In this document: positions 9,912-19,641 of the stretch, piece after piece
How the letters are laid out: each line of letters begins with the position of its first letter
How positions within the stretch are numbered: position 1 is the first letter of the stretch
NCBI GenBank assembly: GCA_964434255.1
Contig: CAYSUL010000001.1
Coordinates: forward strand, 104,856-168,855
Direction of reading: 5' to 3'
Length of the DNA: 64,000 nucleotides
DNA from: an uncultured Candidatus Saccharibacteria bacterium
GTDB taxonomy: Bacteria > Patescibacteriota > Minisyncoccia > Phycocordibacterales > Phycocordibacteraceae
The notes under the pieces: generated by a model
What the model was told of the DNA's origin: nothing
Databases searched by the model: none
Seen by the model: only the letters and a program-made list of their open reading frames with translations
Translations under genes and position numbers: made by a program

Positions 9912-10424
9912 TTATTTCTTCTTGCGCGCTGCCTGCGCTTTTTTAATGTTCGCCTTTTGCGCCCTCTTCATCGCGGGTGTCGGCTTCGCCTTTTCGGGGA
10001 CGTTCTTCACCGGATGCGCGTGGAATATGTCGCCTTTCACCTGCGTAATCTTCCCACTTATCGCCTTAGAAAGAGCGGCTCGCTCTTTCGCATTATCTAT
10101 AACCAGCTGACCACCGGGGGTAACGTGGGCATGCTTCTTGTCTATGAGCCAGGTGGCGGTATCCCAGCTTCCGCTCGAACGTCTTCCGGCGATGCGCTCC
10201 AATCCGCCCTTCTTTCCAACGTCTTGCGTCCGGAAGGAGGTGAACTGCCCCTTAGGCCGCACTTCTACGCGATAGAATTTTCCCTCTCCGCCGGTGCCCG
10301 GCTTCTTGCGTCCCCTCCCCTGCGGCTGGGCGAGCGTGCGCTGCCGCGGGCTCATGCTCTTCCACTTCGCTGACGCTTTCTTGACGTTCTTCTTTGCTGC
10401 CGAAACCTGTTTTTTTGTAGCCAT
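9912..10424 (-). CDS. Highly basic hypothetical protein
   Basis: Lys/Arg/Ala-rich termini with repeated KNVKKA/ANIKKA. Confidence 0.7.
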   Translation of the reverse strand: MATKKQVSAAKKNVKKASAKWKSMSPRQRTLAQPQGRGRKKPGTGGEGKFYRVEVRPKGQFTSFRTQDVGKKGGLERIAGRRSSGSWDTATWLIDKKHAHVTPGGQLVIDNAKERAALSKAISGKITQVKGDIFHAHPVKNVPEKAKPTPAMKRAQKANIKKAQAARKKK

Positions 10425-10600
10425 ACGACTAAAGATTAGGAGCTGACAGTTGCGTTGTTAGTACTGGACAAGCGAGCCTTCCAAAAAACTATAGTGGAGT
10501 TGATAGGATAGAGCCACTCGGTGGGGCTTTATTTTCAGCTTCTCCATCTTATAAATATACCCCCTTATTAGGGGGCTTTTATCGCGGAGTCGGATATTGA

Positions 10601-11215
10601 CTATGAAGCCGGATATATTTCTATATAGCGCTTTTTCCAGGCCTTGGTGAAGGTGTCCACTGAGATGGTCCCGCCACCCTCTCGCTCTGCAGGGTCGTTG
10701 TAATACACTGTTTCTCCCTCGATCCTATTGATAACGACCAGGTGCGGGATAGGATTGCTTGGCTCAAACGTGTAATGCACGGAGGCAATGACCGGTCCCC
10801 GTCCTACCGCTTCCTTAAATTGCGCAAAAGCCTCGGCATTCCCGGCAAGGTCATGACTCTCTCCGGTAAACCCATACGCGCTTGAGACACCTATCAGTCC
10901 CTTATACGTCCAGCCCGCCTCTGAATAGGCTCCCTGCTCAATACCGTCTGCAAGCAATGCATCAACCGAAACGGTACCGGGCTTGTAATACTCCATGATC
11001 ATGCCGAGGCTTGCGATACCGCAACCCACCTTTTGCCACTTAGGAGAGCTGATGTCCGTGAATTGTGAAAAGAATGGGACACTGGTTGGCTGGTACGTCT
11101 CAAGAATCGCCTTTGGGGGAAGCGTGTTTGTCTGCGCAACCGCGGGAGTTGCAGACGTGAATCCAGGCGCACTAAGCAAGAGCAACCCGGTTAGGAGCAA
11201 AGAGAGAAAGGCCAT
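10601..11215 (-). CDS. Secreted C39-like cysteine peptidase
   Basis: Signal peptide; VPFFSQ, GCGIASL, HLVV, YYNDP motifs. Confidence 0.85.
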   Translation of the reverse strand: MAFLSLLLTGLLLLSAPGFTSATPAVAQTNTLPPKAILETYQPTSVPFFSQFTDISSPKWQKVGCGIASLGMIMEYYKPGTVSVDALLADGIEQGAYSEAGWTYKGLIGVSSAYGFTGESHDLAGNAEAFAQFKEAVGRGPVIASVHYTFEPSNPIPHLVVINRIEGETVYYNDPAEREGGGTISVDTFTKAWKKRYIEIYPAS

Positions 11216-11256
11216 AACTCGAACATCCTACTGCCCCTCACCACATCCCGCAATGC

Positions 11257-12183
11257 CTAATCTTCTACGATGATGACGGTTCCTAACTCAGCCCAATCAT
11301 AGAGCTCCTTCGCCTTGTCCGGCGGCAGGTTTACGCATCCGTGGGAATACCTGCCTCCAAAGCTGGAGTGCCAATATGCACCGTGAATGACCGCGCCTTC
11401 ATGAGTGAAGTAGAGATTCCACGGCACACCAGGAAGGTCGTAGTAATCGCTTGGAACGCCAGGGATCGGTCCCTGCATATAACGGCTCGGTGTTTTCTTG
11501 AAAACAGCGAACGTGCCGCGCGGCGTCGGCGTAAGCTCAAGGCCGGTAGAAATCGCCGTTTCCATGAATACGGTATCGCCATCGTATGCAATCAATGTCT
11601 GCTCGCTACGATCCACGACGATACGCTTCGTCGTCGTTGCCGTCTCGTGCTCCCATATCGTCTTATCCCCTTCGTCCAGAACAACGCGCACATAGTCAGC
11701 AGCGACGTACCAGTCGCCCGTAACTCGTTCGGGATACCTGAGCGATTCATCGAATACGACCTTGAACCAGCTTTTTCCATCTCGCTCAACCTTCCCGCTG
11801 ATTTTCAGTACAACATGATTTCGTAGACGCGTAACAACCGGAAAGTCAGTGCCCGGACCCGAGCGCACATGGACGCATTCTCCTTGGAAATGCTCCGCGC
11901 AACTATCAATGACTTCGATATATTCAAAGAGCACGTTCGTTAGCGGCAGTAAGCGTGCGCCCGCTTCTGTCGATGAGTCGATGAGCACTGCTTCTTCGGG
12001 TCGAACGAAAGAAGTCTGCGGCGCTTCCCAATACGCAGCTTCTGGTTCATCTATATACTGCTGCGCTTCTCCAAGTCCGTGCGGAGCTGAGGCATACTTA
12101 TCAAGAAGCAGGTACGTGCCTGCGCCAACCGCGGCGAGTATGAGCGCCCACAGTATCAACGGCCGATGAGCTGATGCCTTCAT
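11257..12183 (-). CDS. L,D-transpeptidase with SH3-like domain
   Basis: VRSGPGT SH3-like motif; IHGAYWH...SHGCVNL catalytic motif. Confidence 0.9.
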   Translation of the reverse strand: MKASAHRPLILWALILAAVGAGTYLLLDKYASAPHGLGEAQQYIDEPEAAYWEAPQTSFVRPEEAVLIDSSTEAGARLLPLTNVLFEYIEVIDSCAEHFQGECVHVRSGPGTDFPVVTRLRNHVVLKISGKVERDGKSWFKVVFDESLRYPERVTGDWYVAADYVRVVLDEGDKTIWEHETATTTKRIVVDRSEQTLIAYDGDTVFMETAISTGLELTPTPRGTFAVFKKTPSRYMQGPIPGVPSDYYDLPGVPWNLYFTHEGAVIHGAYWHSSFGGRYSHGCVNLPPDKAKELYDWAELGTVIIVED

Positions 12184-12321
12184 AGGCGCACTATATATGA
12201 TTTAGTTTTCTTAAGGAAACAGTGCGGCAAGGGTGGTGCTGTAATCTGGCACGAATTTGCTGGTCATCTGAGGTGGTATCCGAACTGGTTCCGCTCTCCG
12301 TATACCCGAATATCTACTACG

Positions 12322-13005
12322 CTATTCAGGCTGGAATGGCCTCGGGATCTCCTTGTCCAAGATCTCACGCTGCAGGTACTTCTTCTTGGTGCGTATCGTT
12401 GCGCCCTTCTCCGGCGATCTATCCTTAGCAGCTTCCATACGCTTCAGTTCAAGCCACTCCTCGAGTCTCCGCTTTTCCTTCTGCTGCTTCTCGTACGCTT
12501 CGGTGGTGCGCGCCTGATTCTTTTCCCTCTCGATGAGATAGCTGGCGTAATCGCCCGTATAGGAACTGATCGAGCGAGTCGAAGGATGTATCTCGAGGAT
12601 ACGCGTCACACGCGCAGCATGCATGAGCTTTGAATTCTCCGAAGCTAGAAGTAGCCCTCCACGGAATCCTGCGATGAAGCGTATGATAGCCCCGACATCC
12701 ACGGAATCGCTCAAACCCTGCGCGTCGATGACGAGGAAGGTGGGTCGCGCGTGGAGTATCTGCACGAGCGAGTCCGCGCCTCCCTGGATACCTTCAGGAG
12801 AGATATATGCGAGACGCTCTCCGTCATGGGTGACGGAGCCTCCATCCATCTCGTCTTCATCCGCGATAATACGAAGGAATGTTCCCGTATCGCCTTCCCT
12901 GACACCCAATACGCCCACGCGCTCTCCCGGACGCATAACAAGATTGACCTTCTCGAAGAGAGGTTCGCCGAGCGCATCCACGCGCAAATCCTTAACGACG
13001 ATCAT
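12322..13005 (-). CDS. Degenerate, truncated ABC-F-like protein
   Basis: N-terminus LFEKVNL.MRPGERVGVLG; YTGDYASY...YEKQQKE linker; Walker A degenerate. Confidence 0.6.
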   Translation of the reverse strand: MIVVKDLRVDALGEPLFEKVNLVMRPGERVGVLGVREGDTGTFLRIIADEDEMDGGSVTHDGERLAYISPEGIQGGADSLVQILHARPTFLVIDAQGLSDSVDVGAIIRFIAGFRGGLLLASENSKLMHAARVTRILEIHPSTRSISSYTGDYASYLIEREKNQARTTEAYEKQQKEKRRLEEWLELKRMEAAKDRSPEKGATIRTKKKYLQREILDKEIPRPFQPE

Positions 13006-13109
13006 GGAGCCTTACTATAACGTGCTGGGGGTTTGGTACGACGTGGGAACTTTTATTAAATAGAAGAGCCGCCGTTCCCTTTCGGAAACAGGCGGCCCCA
13101 GAGTTCTGT

Positions 13110-13685
13110 TTAGTTGAACATGTTCCAGTAAGCGGAAGGGTTCTTCCAGTCGGGATAGTGTTCTTCCAACCAGTCGTTGATTTTCTTTTGCAGCTCCTTC
13201 AGAGAAGCTTCTCTTGTCTCTTTAGGAATGCGAACTTCGTATTCCCCATACAGACGTTCTCCATAAGGATTTTCGATCCATTGAGAGCGCGTCGTGTAGG
13301 ATTCATCTTCACCCGCACTGAACCCTGTCCACTGGGTGAGAGCGTACTGTAAGCGGAGTACGGGAGGTTTGAATCTCCACCGTTTCAGCCGCCCATCAGC
13401 GTGAGTACCAGGCATGTAATGATTGGGGCGCAGTGCGTCCAGAATCCTACCGCGAAGCTGCTCACGTTCGTCCAGCAGAAGCGGCCGGCCGTTTTCCAGT
13501 AGTATGTGCCAGCCCTTAGGCAAACTCACGGTCTGCCAGCCCTGATGATCACCTGATTGTCCGAACTCGCGCCCGAATGGAGTGATGCCCAAAGTGCGAA
13601 GTATTGTTTCGACATCTTCGTCATCAACCTCGTTCATTACGATTTTGAGTGGAATCTCATTCCAACGATCTTGCGTTCTGGGCAT
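13110..13685 (-). CDS. Hypothetical protein (ORFan, lower GC)
   Basis: GGAGG SD before ATG 13685; own promoter and downstream hairpin. Confidence 0.6.
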   Translation of the reverse strand: MPRTQDRWNEIPLKIVMNEVDDEDVETILRTLGITPFGREFGQSGDHQGWQTVSLPKGWHILLENGRPLLLDEREQLRGRILDALRPNHYMPGTHADGRLKRWRFKPPVLRLQYALTQWTGFSAGEDESYTTRSQWIENPYGERLYGEYEVRIPKETREASLKELQKKINDWLEEHYPDWKNPSAYWNMFN

Positions 13686-13755
13686 TGCCCGCCTCCAGTG
13701 TGAGTGGTTCCTGTTCTGAGTATTAAAATAGCACACTATACATAAAAGTCAATTG

Positions 13756-13826
13756 CTGCGAGACTAGGACTCGAACCTAGATAACATCCTCCAGAGGGAT
13801 GCGTCCTACCATTAGACGATCTCGCA
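13756..13826 (-). tRNA. tRNA-Gln(CUG)
   Basis: TGCGAGA/TCTCGCA acceptor stem; CATCC-CTCTGGA-GGATG anticodon arm; GTTCGAGTCC T-loop. Confidence 0.93.
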
Positions 13827-13994
13827 ATGACGAAGCGGCTCACGCCGCCGTCGAGGACACAATACTGGAAAATAGCCCGTTCTTCAACCGTATAAAAAGT
13901 ACTAAGTCCTGGCGGAGCCAGGACTTAGTCCAAGTACTTTATACCGAACACCTCGTACGCGCCAGGGCCGCGAAGACGATATGGGGATAACAAT

Positions 13995-14438
13995 CTATGC
14001 CGGGAACGAGGCCAGGATGGCGCCCATAACGAGCAGGTTCACGAGATAGTAGCCGGAGGTGATGAACCAGTACTTCCAGCTCTTGTTCTCCCAGAGCACG
14101 GGACCGAGCGATACCGGCATGACGAAGCCGAGCCAGCTCCAGAAACCGGCCATGAGCCCTGCGGCGATACCGACTGTCTGCGTATATGCCGAGGAGAATG
14201 CGAGTGCATATGCGAGAACATACGCCATGACGACGCTTCCAAGCGTCATGAGCGCATAGCTCCTGAGCATCGCGCTCTTAGCGGACGGATCGGTCTTTGC
14301 CTTCATCATGTCGTCCGTGGTGAGGCCCACCTCCTTCATCCAGGCTTTCCCGAACAGCGGACCGTACCAGAGCGAGCCGAGTACGACTGCGGTTACGACC
14401 GCTCCCAAGATGGCTAGATAGTTTATTGCTACTTCCAT
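13995..14438 (-). CDS. DUF1761 family membrane protein
   Basis: INYLAI...LGSLWYGPLFGKAWM motif. Confidence 0.85.
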   Translation of the reverse strand: MEVAINYLAILGAVVTAVVLGSLWYGPLFGKAWMKEVGLTTDDMMKAKTDPSAKSAMLRSYALMTLGSVVMAYVLAYALAFSSAYTQTVGIAAGLMAGFWSWLGFVMPVSLGPVLWENKSWKYWFITSGYYLVNLLVMGAILASFPA

Positions 14439-14487
14439 ACGGAAATAATTAATGGATACACAAAAAGTATAGCGCCGCCTAAACCCA

Positions 14488-14516
14488 TTGACTTCATCCT
14501 ATATACAGGTTAGAAT
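14488..14516 (+). promoter_or_regulatory. Sigma70-type promoter
   Basis: TTGACT-17 nt-TAGAAT upstream of the ORF at 14563. Confidence 0.65.
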
Positions 14517-14562
14517 GCTACTATCTCGTTCGGGCAATCACGCCACCAAAGGGAGAGAGTGC

Positions 14563-14994
14563 ATGAGTTTTAAATTGGTTCTTAAGGGCGCGTATAGCCA
14601 GGTGACTTATGAATTTCTCCTGGCCGCAGGTATCCGTATGGAGCCGTTCGAAGCGGCCCAGAGGGTATCGCTCGGAGATGAGCGCCTATGGGAACTGTCC
14701 AGGTGCGTTCCTCGCTTCCTGGTTGAGGGCAATCTTCAGGACCCCGACGAGTTGTGCGTCGTGCTTGATGTCGAGGAGGATTCGTTGGAGTCGCTCGATC
14801 ATCTCTATGAGAAGCCGGTTCCGCATCTGCGGCTCCACGTCGAACGCAACAAATGCGTCATTCGACGTGAGGACGCCGCTCCTCCCGGCGGGAAAATCGT
14901 TCGCGTGAGGGACTTGGCTTTCTGGCCGCGTGCTCCAAAAGAGAACGATGAGCTCCGGGCATTCTTTTCGCCAGCACAACAGCAAGCGGCATAA
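14563..14994 (+). CDS. Hypothetical protein (ORFan)
   Basis: GGGAG SD, canonical promoter, downstream hairpin at about 15023-15046. Confidence 0.55.
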   Translation: MSFKLVLKGAYSQVTYEFLLAAGIRMEPFEAAQRVSLGDERLWELSRCVPRFLVEGNLQDPDELCVVLDVEEDSLESLDHLYEKPVPHLRLHVERNKCVIRREDAAPPGGKIVRVRDLAFWPRAPKENDELRAFFSPAQQQAA

Positions 14995-15067
14995 ACAGAT
15001 CTTTCGGCGCAAGTACGCCAACTAGGCTTCCCTTCGGGGAGGCCATTCTTTTTATATTTACGATGTC

Positions 15068-16720
15068 TTATCCCCTAAAGTCCGCACGCTTCTGCGCCGC
15101 CTCGAGGAACTTCGTGAAAAGTGGGTGCGGCGTGAGTGGACGCGCCTGAAGCTCCGGATGGAACTGGCAGCCCAGATAGAACGGATGTTCGGTCTTAGGA
15201 AGTTCCGCTATCTCCATGAGCACGCCGTCAGGTGACTTCCCCGAGAATACGAGACCCTTCTGGGTAAGCCGCTCGATGTATTCCGGATTTATCTCGTACC
15301 GATGGCGATGGCGCTCTTCTACGACGTCAGCTCCGTATGCTTCCTGCGCAATAGTGCCCTTCGTGAGGTGCGCGGGATACGAACCGAGGCGCATAGTGCC
15401 GCCATACTTCCCCTCGGCGATAAGCGCCTTCTGGTCCGGCATCACGTCGACGACCGGGTGCGCAGCATTCGGGTCTATCTCCACCGTGTGCGCTCCCTCG
15501 AGCCCGAGCACATTGCGTGCGTACTCGATAACGAGCATATGCATGCCATAGCAGAGGCCGAAATACGGGATACGGTGCGTCCTCGTATATTCCGCCGCCT
15601 TTATCTTCCCTTCTATCCCGGTCTCGCCGAACCCGCCCGGTACGATGACGCCGTCATACTGCTCAAGCTTCTCAGCATCTTCCTTCGTTTCTATATCCTT
15701 GGCGTTCACCCATTCGATGATGGCCTTAACGCCGACTGCAGCAGCCGAGAACTTGAGCGCCTCGATGACGGAAAGATAGGCGTCTGAGAGCACGAAATCG
15801 CCCGTATCAAAGTACTTCCCGACGATACCTATCTTCACCGTCGGTTTCTCCACCTTCGTCCTGTCCACAAACTCCTTCCAGTCCGAGAAATCGGCAGCCT
15901 TGTCCTTCGGGAGCGAAAGCGCATCGAGGAGCAAGTCGCCGAGATTATCCTTCTCGAAGTTGAGCGGCACGTCATAGATGCTCGCGACGTCAGGTGCCGA
16001 GATGATGTGGTCAGGGCGCACGTTGCACCAGATGGCGAGCTTCTCCTTCCGCTTCTCGTCCATCGTGTTGTTGCTGCGCGCAAGGATGAAATCCGGCTGC
16101 ACTCCATACGAGTTAAGTTCGCGGACGGCCGATTGAGTGGGCTTGGTCTTCATCTCCCCTATCGTATTAGGCACCGGCAAGTATGAAACGAGCACGAAAC
16201 GCACGTCGTCGGGCTTCTTGAGACGCATCACGCGTGCCGCTTCGATGAAGAGCGCATTCTGGAAGTCGCCCACCGTCCCGCCTATCTCTATAACGGAGAT
16301 GCGGCTGCCGTTGTGTGCAGCCGCCGTTTCCAGGCGCTCGATGATTTCATCACGGACGTGCGGGATAGCCTCGACGAACTTGCCCTTGTAGCCGAGCGCG
16401 CGCTCGCGGTTGATGACCGACTGGTACACCATACCGCTCGTCATGTAGTCCTCAGGACCCAGATCGCGTCCGAGGAAGCGCTCGTAGTTGCCCATGTCCT
16501 GGTCGGTCTCGAGCCCGCTCTTGAGCACGAACACCTCGCCGTGCTCGGTCGGGTTCATGGTGCCCGCGTCCACATTGAGGTACGGGTCTATCTTCACGAG
16601 ATTCACGTCGTACCCGCGCTCCTTGAGAATGAGCCCCATTGAGGAGGTGGCGATGCCCTTGCCCACGCCGCTCATCACGCCGCCCAGAACGAATATGTAC
16701 TTATGACCTTCCTTCGCCAT
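15068..16720 (-). CDS. pyrG: CTP synthase
   Basis: GGVMSGVGKG, DPYLNVDAGTMNPTEHGEVFV, GLCYGM, QFHPE. Confidence 0.98.
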   Translation of the reverse strand: MAKEGHKYIFVLGGVMSGVGKGIATSSMGLILKERGYDVNLVKIDPYLNVDAGTMNPTEHGEVFVLKSGLETDQDMGNYERFLGRDLGPEDYMTSGMVYQSVINRERALGYKGKFVEAIPHVRDEIIERLETAAAHNGSRISVIEIGGTVGDFQNALFIEAARVMRLKKPDDVRFVLVSYLPVPNTIGEMKTKPTQSAVRELNSYGVQPDFILARSNNTMDEKRKEKLAIWCNVRPDHIISAPDVASIYDVPLNFEKDNLGDLLLDALSLPKDKAADFSDWKEFVDRTKVEKPTVKIGIVGKYFDTGDFVLSDAYLSVIEALKFSAAAVGVKAIIEWVNAKDIETKEDAEKLEQYDGVIVPGGFGETGIEGKIKAAEYTRTHRIPYFGLCYGMHMLVIEYARNVLGLEGAHTVEIDPNAAHPVVDVMPDQKALIAEGKYGGTMRLGSYPAHLTKGTIAQEAYGADVVEERHRHRYEINPEYIERLTQKGLVFSGKSPDGVLMEIAELPKTEHPFYLGCQFHPELQARPLTPHPLFTKFLEAAQKRADFRG

Positions 16721-16722
16721 AC

Positions 16723-17637
16723 CTAGACCTTCAGATACCTACGCACCGCGAGCCACGAAGCGAGCGCCCCTATCAAGATGCCGGAGCCCACGAGTATGCC
16801 GAACACCATCGCGAAGTTCGAGACGTAGTAGTCGAAGAGGTTGAATCCGCCGAGCCAGCTTGAGAGCGCGCTCCCGGCGTACCACGTCGCAGGATAGAAC
16901 AGGAGGAGCGCTATGACAGCAGCCATGATTCCCGAGAGGATACCGGCCACGATAAATGGACCCCGGATGTACATATTCGATGCTCCCACGAGCCGCATGA
17001 CCGCAATCTCGTCGCGTGCGCTGTATATCGCGAGGCGGATGGTCGCAAGTGCGATGATGACTGAAGCGCCGGCGAACAAGATGACAACGAAGAGACCTGC
17101 CTTCTCCATAGTCTCTATGGCGCCCGTAAGGCGGTCGATGACCGACTTGTTCTGGTAGTAGTTGATACGATCGACGATGTCGGTACCGCTCGGGTCGTCA
17201 GCGAGATGGTTCACGATGGACTCGTACTGGCTCGGATCCTTCGCCTTTATAGCAAGCGATGCCCCGAGCGGGTTCTCACCGAGCTCCTCAAGCGCCTGAA
17301 GCGTGAGCTGGTCGTTCGCATGGCGGGTCTTGAATTCCTCGAGCGCCGCGTCGCGTGACGTATAGGTGACGGTCGCTACTTCTGGCAACTCCTCCAGCGA
17401 GTCCTGGATGGCAAGGATGTCTCCTTCGGCTGCGTCGACGGTGAAGTACACGTTCACGTCCACCTTGTCCTGCACGAGCGCGAGCGTGTGGGTGAGGAGC
17501 GCGGAAAGGAAGATGAGGAAGCCGACGATGACAAGCGTCACCGTCATGATGAGCACGGTCGCGAACGATACGGCCCCGCTCCGGGCGAAGTTCTTCGCGC
17601 CGCTCGATGCTATCCGTTTAAGTGAGGTCCAAAGCAT
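16723..17637 (-). CDS. ftsX: Cell division permease FtsX
   Basis: TIRLAIYSARDEIAVMRLVGAS..YIRGPF; follows ftsE. Confidence 0.93.
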   Translation of the reverse strand: MLWTSLKRIASSGAKNFARSGAVSFATVLIMTVTLVIVGFLIFLSALLTHTLALVQDKVDVNVYFTVDAAEGDILAIQDSLEELPEVATVTYTSRDAALEEFKTRHANDQLTLQALEELGENPLGASLAIKAKDPSQYESIVNHLADDPSGTDIVDRINYYQNKSVIDRLTGAIETMEKAGLFVVILFAGASVIIALATIRLAIYSARDEIAVMRLVGASNMYIRGPFIVAGILSGIMAAVIALLLFYPATWYAGSALSSWLGGFNLFDYYVSNFAMVFGILVGSGILIGALASWLAVRRYLKV

Positions 17638-17642
17638 AAAAT

Positions 17643-18326
17643 CTATAGTACGTACTGACCCTGCAGGTCATCGCGGATAATCCGTCCCTTGTCCATCGTC
17701 ACCACACGCTTGCCGAGGGAGTCCACGACGCCCTTATTATGCGTCGTGATGAGCACCGTGGTGCCCACGAGTTCGTTGATCTTCTTGAGGATATCCATGA
17801 TCTCGAACGTGTTCATCGGGTCGAGGTTGCCCGTCGGCTCGTCGGCCACGATGACGTCCGGCTGATTGATGATGGCGCGACCGATAGCGACGCGCTGCTG
17901 CTCCCCGCCTGAGAGCTGGTGCGGGAAGTGCCATGCCTTGTCCGTCAGGTCGACGAGGCCGAGGATGTGCGGAACGTCGGAGTCTATCTCCTCCTGAGGC
18001 CGGCCTGCCGCTTCCATTGCGAACGCGATGTTCTCATACGCGGTCTTATGCGGGATGAGTCGGAAGTCCTGGAACACCATGCCTATCTTCCGGCGATAGT
18101 GGTGAAGCGCGCTGCGCGGTACGGCATGCACATCGATGTCTTCGAAGAAGACCGAGCCCTCGGTAGGCCGATCCTCAGCAAGCAGCATACGGAGGAGCGT
18201 GGTCTTCCCTGCTCCTGAGTGACCGACGATGGAGACGAATTCCTTAGGCGCTATCTTGAGGGTCACCGCATCGAGCCCGGAAGTCCCGTCGCGATGTATT
18301 TTGGTGACCCGGTCGAAATAGATCAT
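17643..18326 (-). CDS. ftsE: Cell division ATP-binding protein FtsE
   Basis: GHSGAGKTT, VFQDFRL, LSGGEQQRVAI, ADEPTGNLDP. Confidence 0.95.
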   Translation of the reverse strand: MIYFDRVTKIHRDGTSGLDAVTLKIAPKEFVSIVGHSGAGKTTLLRMLLAEDRPTEGSVFFEDIDVHAVPRSALHHYRRKIGMVFQDFRLIPHKTAYENIAFAMEAAGRPQEEIDSDVPHILGLVDLTDKAWHFPHQLSGGEQQRVAIGRAIINQPDVIVADEPTGNLDPMNTFEIMDILKKINELVGTTVLITTHNKGVVDSLGKRVVTMDKGRIIRDDLQGQYVL

Positions 18327-18346
18327 AGGTTAAACAACGGAAAGCA

Positions 18347-19216
18347 TTATACCCCACCCTCGCGGGAAGCGTCTATAAAATCATCCAGGTCACCCGCAAG
18401 GACGGCGTCCGGATTACCGGATTCGTGCCCCGTCTCGTGGTCCTTCACCATCTTATACGGATGCAGGACGTAGGAACGCATCTGGGAGCCCCATTCGTTG
18501 GCAGTGGACGGCGCTATGGAGCGGCCTTTCGCCTCGGCTTCGCGGCGTTCCTCCTCCATACGGAACAGCTTCGCTTGGATGAACTCGAGCGCCTTCTCCC
18601 GGTTGGCGAGCTGGCTCCGCTCGCTCGACACATGGACCGATACGCCGCTCGGGGTGTGGGTAATACGCACCGCGGTCTCCCGCTTATTCACGTTCTGGCC
18701 GCCAGCTCCCCCTGACTTCGCGAACTGGATATCGAGGTCGTCCGACCGGAGCTCCACCTTGTGCTGTGCATCGAGCTTCGGGAGCACCTCGACCAGCGCG
18801 AATGAGGTCTGGCGCTTGTCGTTGGCGTTAAACGGCGAGATACGCACGAGACGATGTACGCCCGCTTCGTTCTTCAGCCTCCCGTATACCCCCTTCCCCG
18901 TTATTTCAAGGAGAAGGTTGCGGAACCCGCCATGATTGTTCTCGTTCGCATGGAGTTCGAGCACGCTCCATCCTTTCGACTTCGCGTATCCCTCGTACAT
19001 ACGGCGGAGCATGGCAGCGAAGTCCTCCGCATCATCGCCACCCGCGCCTGCGAGTATCGCGAGGGTCGCGCTCCCGCCGTCGAGCGAGTCTCCATCCCCT
19101 CCCTCCTTGAGTGATTGGTATTCAGCGACACGGCGCTGCGCTTCGTCTTTATCCGCCCAGAAGTCAGGACTCGCCATGAGCGCCTCTATCTCCTTCATCC
19201 GCTCCTCGGGATTCAT
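18347..19216 (-). CDS. prfB: Peptide chain release factor 2 (short form)
   Basis: GVHRLVRISPF (SPF motif) and GGQNVNK; shortened N-terminal domain. Confidence 0.92.
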   Translation of the reverse strand: MNPEERMKEIEALMASPDFWADKDEAQRRVAEYQSLKEGGDGDSLDGGSATLAILAGAGGDDAEDFAAMLRRMYEGYAKSKGWSVLELHANENNHGGFRNLLLEITGKGVYGRLKNEAGVHRLVRISPFNANDKRQTSFALVEVLPKLDAQHKVELRSDDLDIQFAKSGGAGGQNVNKRETAVRITHTPSGVSVHVSSERSQLANREKALEFIQAKLFRMEEERREAEAKGRSIAPSTANEWGSQMRSYVLHPYKMVKDHETGHESGNPDAVLAGDLDDFIDASREGGV

Positions 19217-19258
19217 TGAGGGAGTATAGCAAAGCGGCGCCCGAGGGCGCCGCAGTCG

Positions 19259-19489
19259 CTAATTGAGACCGGCGGAGCGCTGGAGACGGATGAGCCCGCC
19301 AACTACGCACTCCTCTGGATCGAATGGTTCTGCCAACACGAGGTAATACGGATGGGAATCGCCACTGATCCAATATCGCGTGTCTGCCGGAGACGGAGTA
19401 GTGAGAAGTTTTGTAAAAGCCGGTTCGGTCGTGCAGTCGCGGAAGACCATTGCCCCGCTCGCATCCACGAATTCGAGGGAGACTCGCAT
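19259..19489 (-). CDS. Small hypothetical protein downstream of tRNA-Thr
   Basis: GAGG SD-like motif before ATG 19489; hairpin at 19234-19253 downstream. Confidence 0.4.
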   Translation of the reverse strand: MRVSLEFVDASGAMVFRDCTTEPAFTKLLTTPSPADTRYWISGDSHPYYLVLAEPFDPEECVVGGLIRLQRSAGLN

Positions 19490-19548
19490 GGGGAAACCTC
19501 TCTGCATGCTGTTGCGGGTTACACCTGCAATAAGGATAGCACCTGCTT

Positions 19549-19624
19549 TGGAGCCGAAGGGGAGATTCGAACTCCCGACATTTCGCTTACGATGCGAACG
19601 CTCTACCAACTGAGCTACTTCGGC
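19549..19624 (-). tRNA. tRNA-Thr(CGU)
   Basis: GCCGAAG/CTTCGGC acceptor stem; TTCGC-ATCGTAA-GCGAA anticodon arm; encoded CCA. Confidence 0.95.
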
Positions 19625-19641
19625 GAAGTGTAGGGAATATA

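Noticed and set aside
13911-13939. Hairpin sharing CCAGGACTTAG with the group I intron
   Set aside because: An 11-nt match is compatible with chance; the hairpin is explained as the terminator of the DUF1761 gene.
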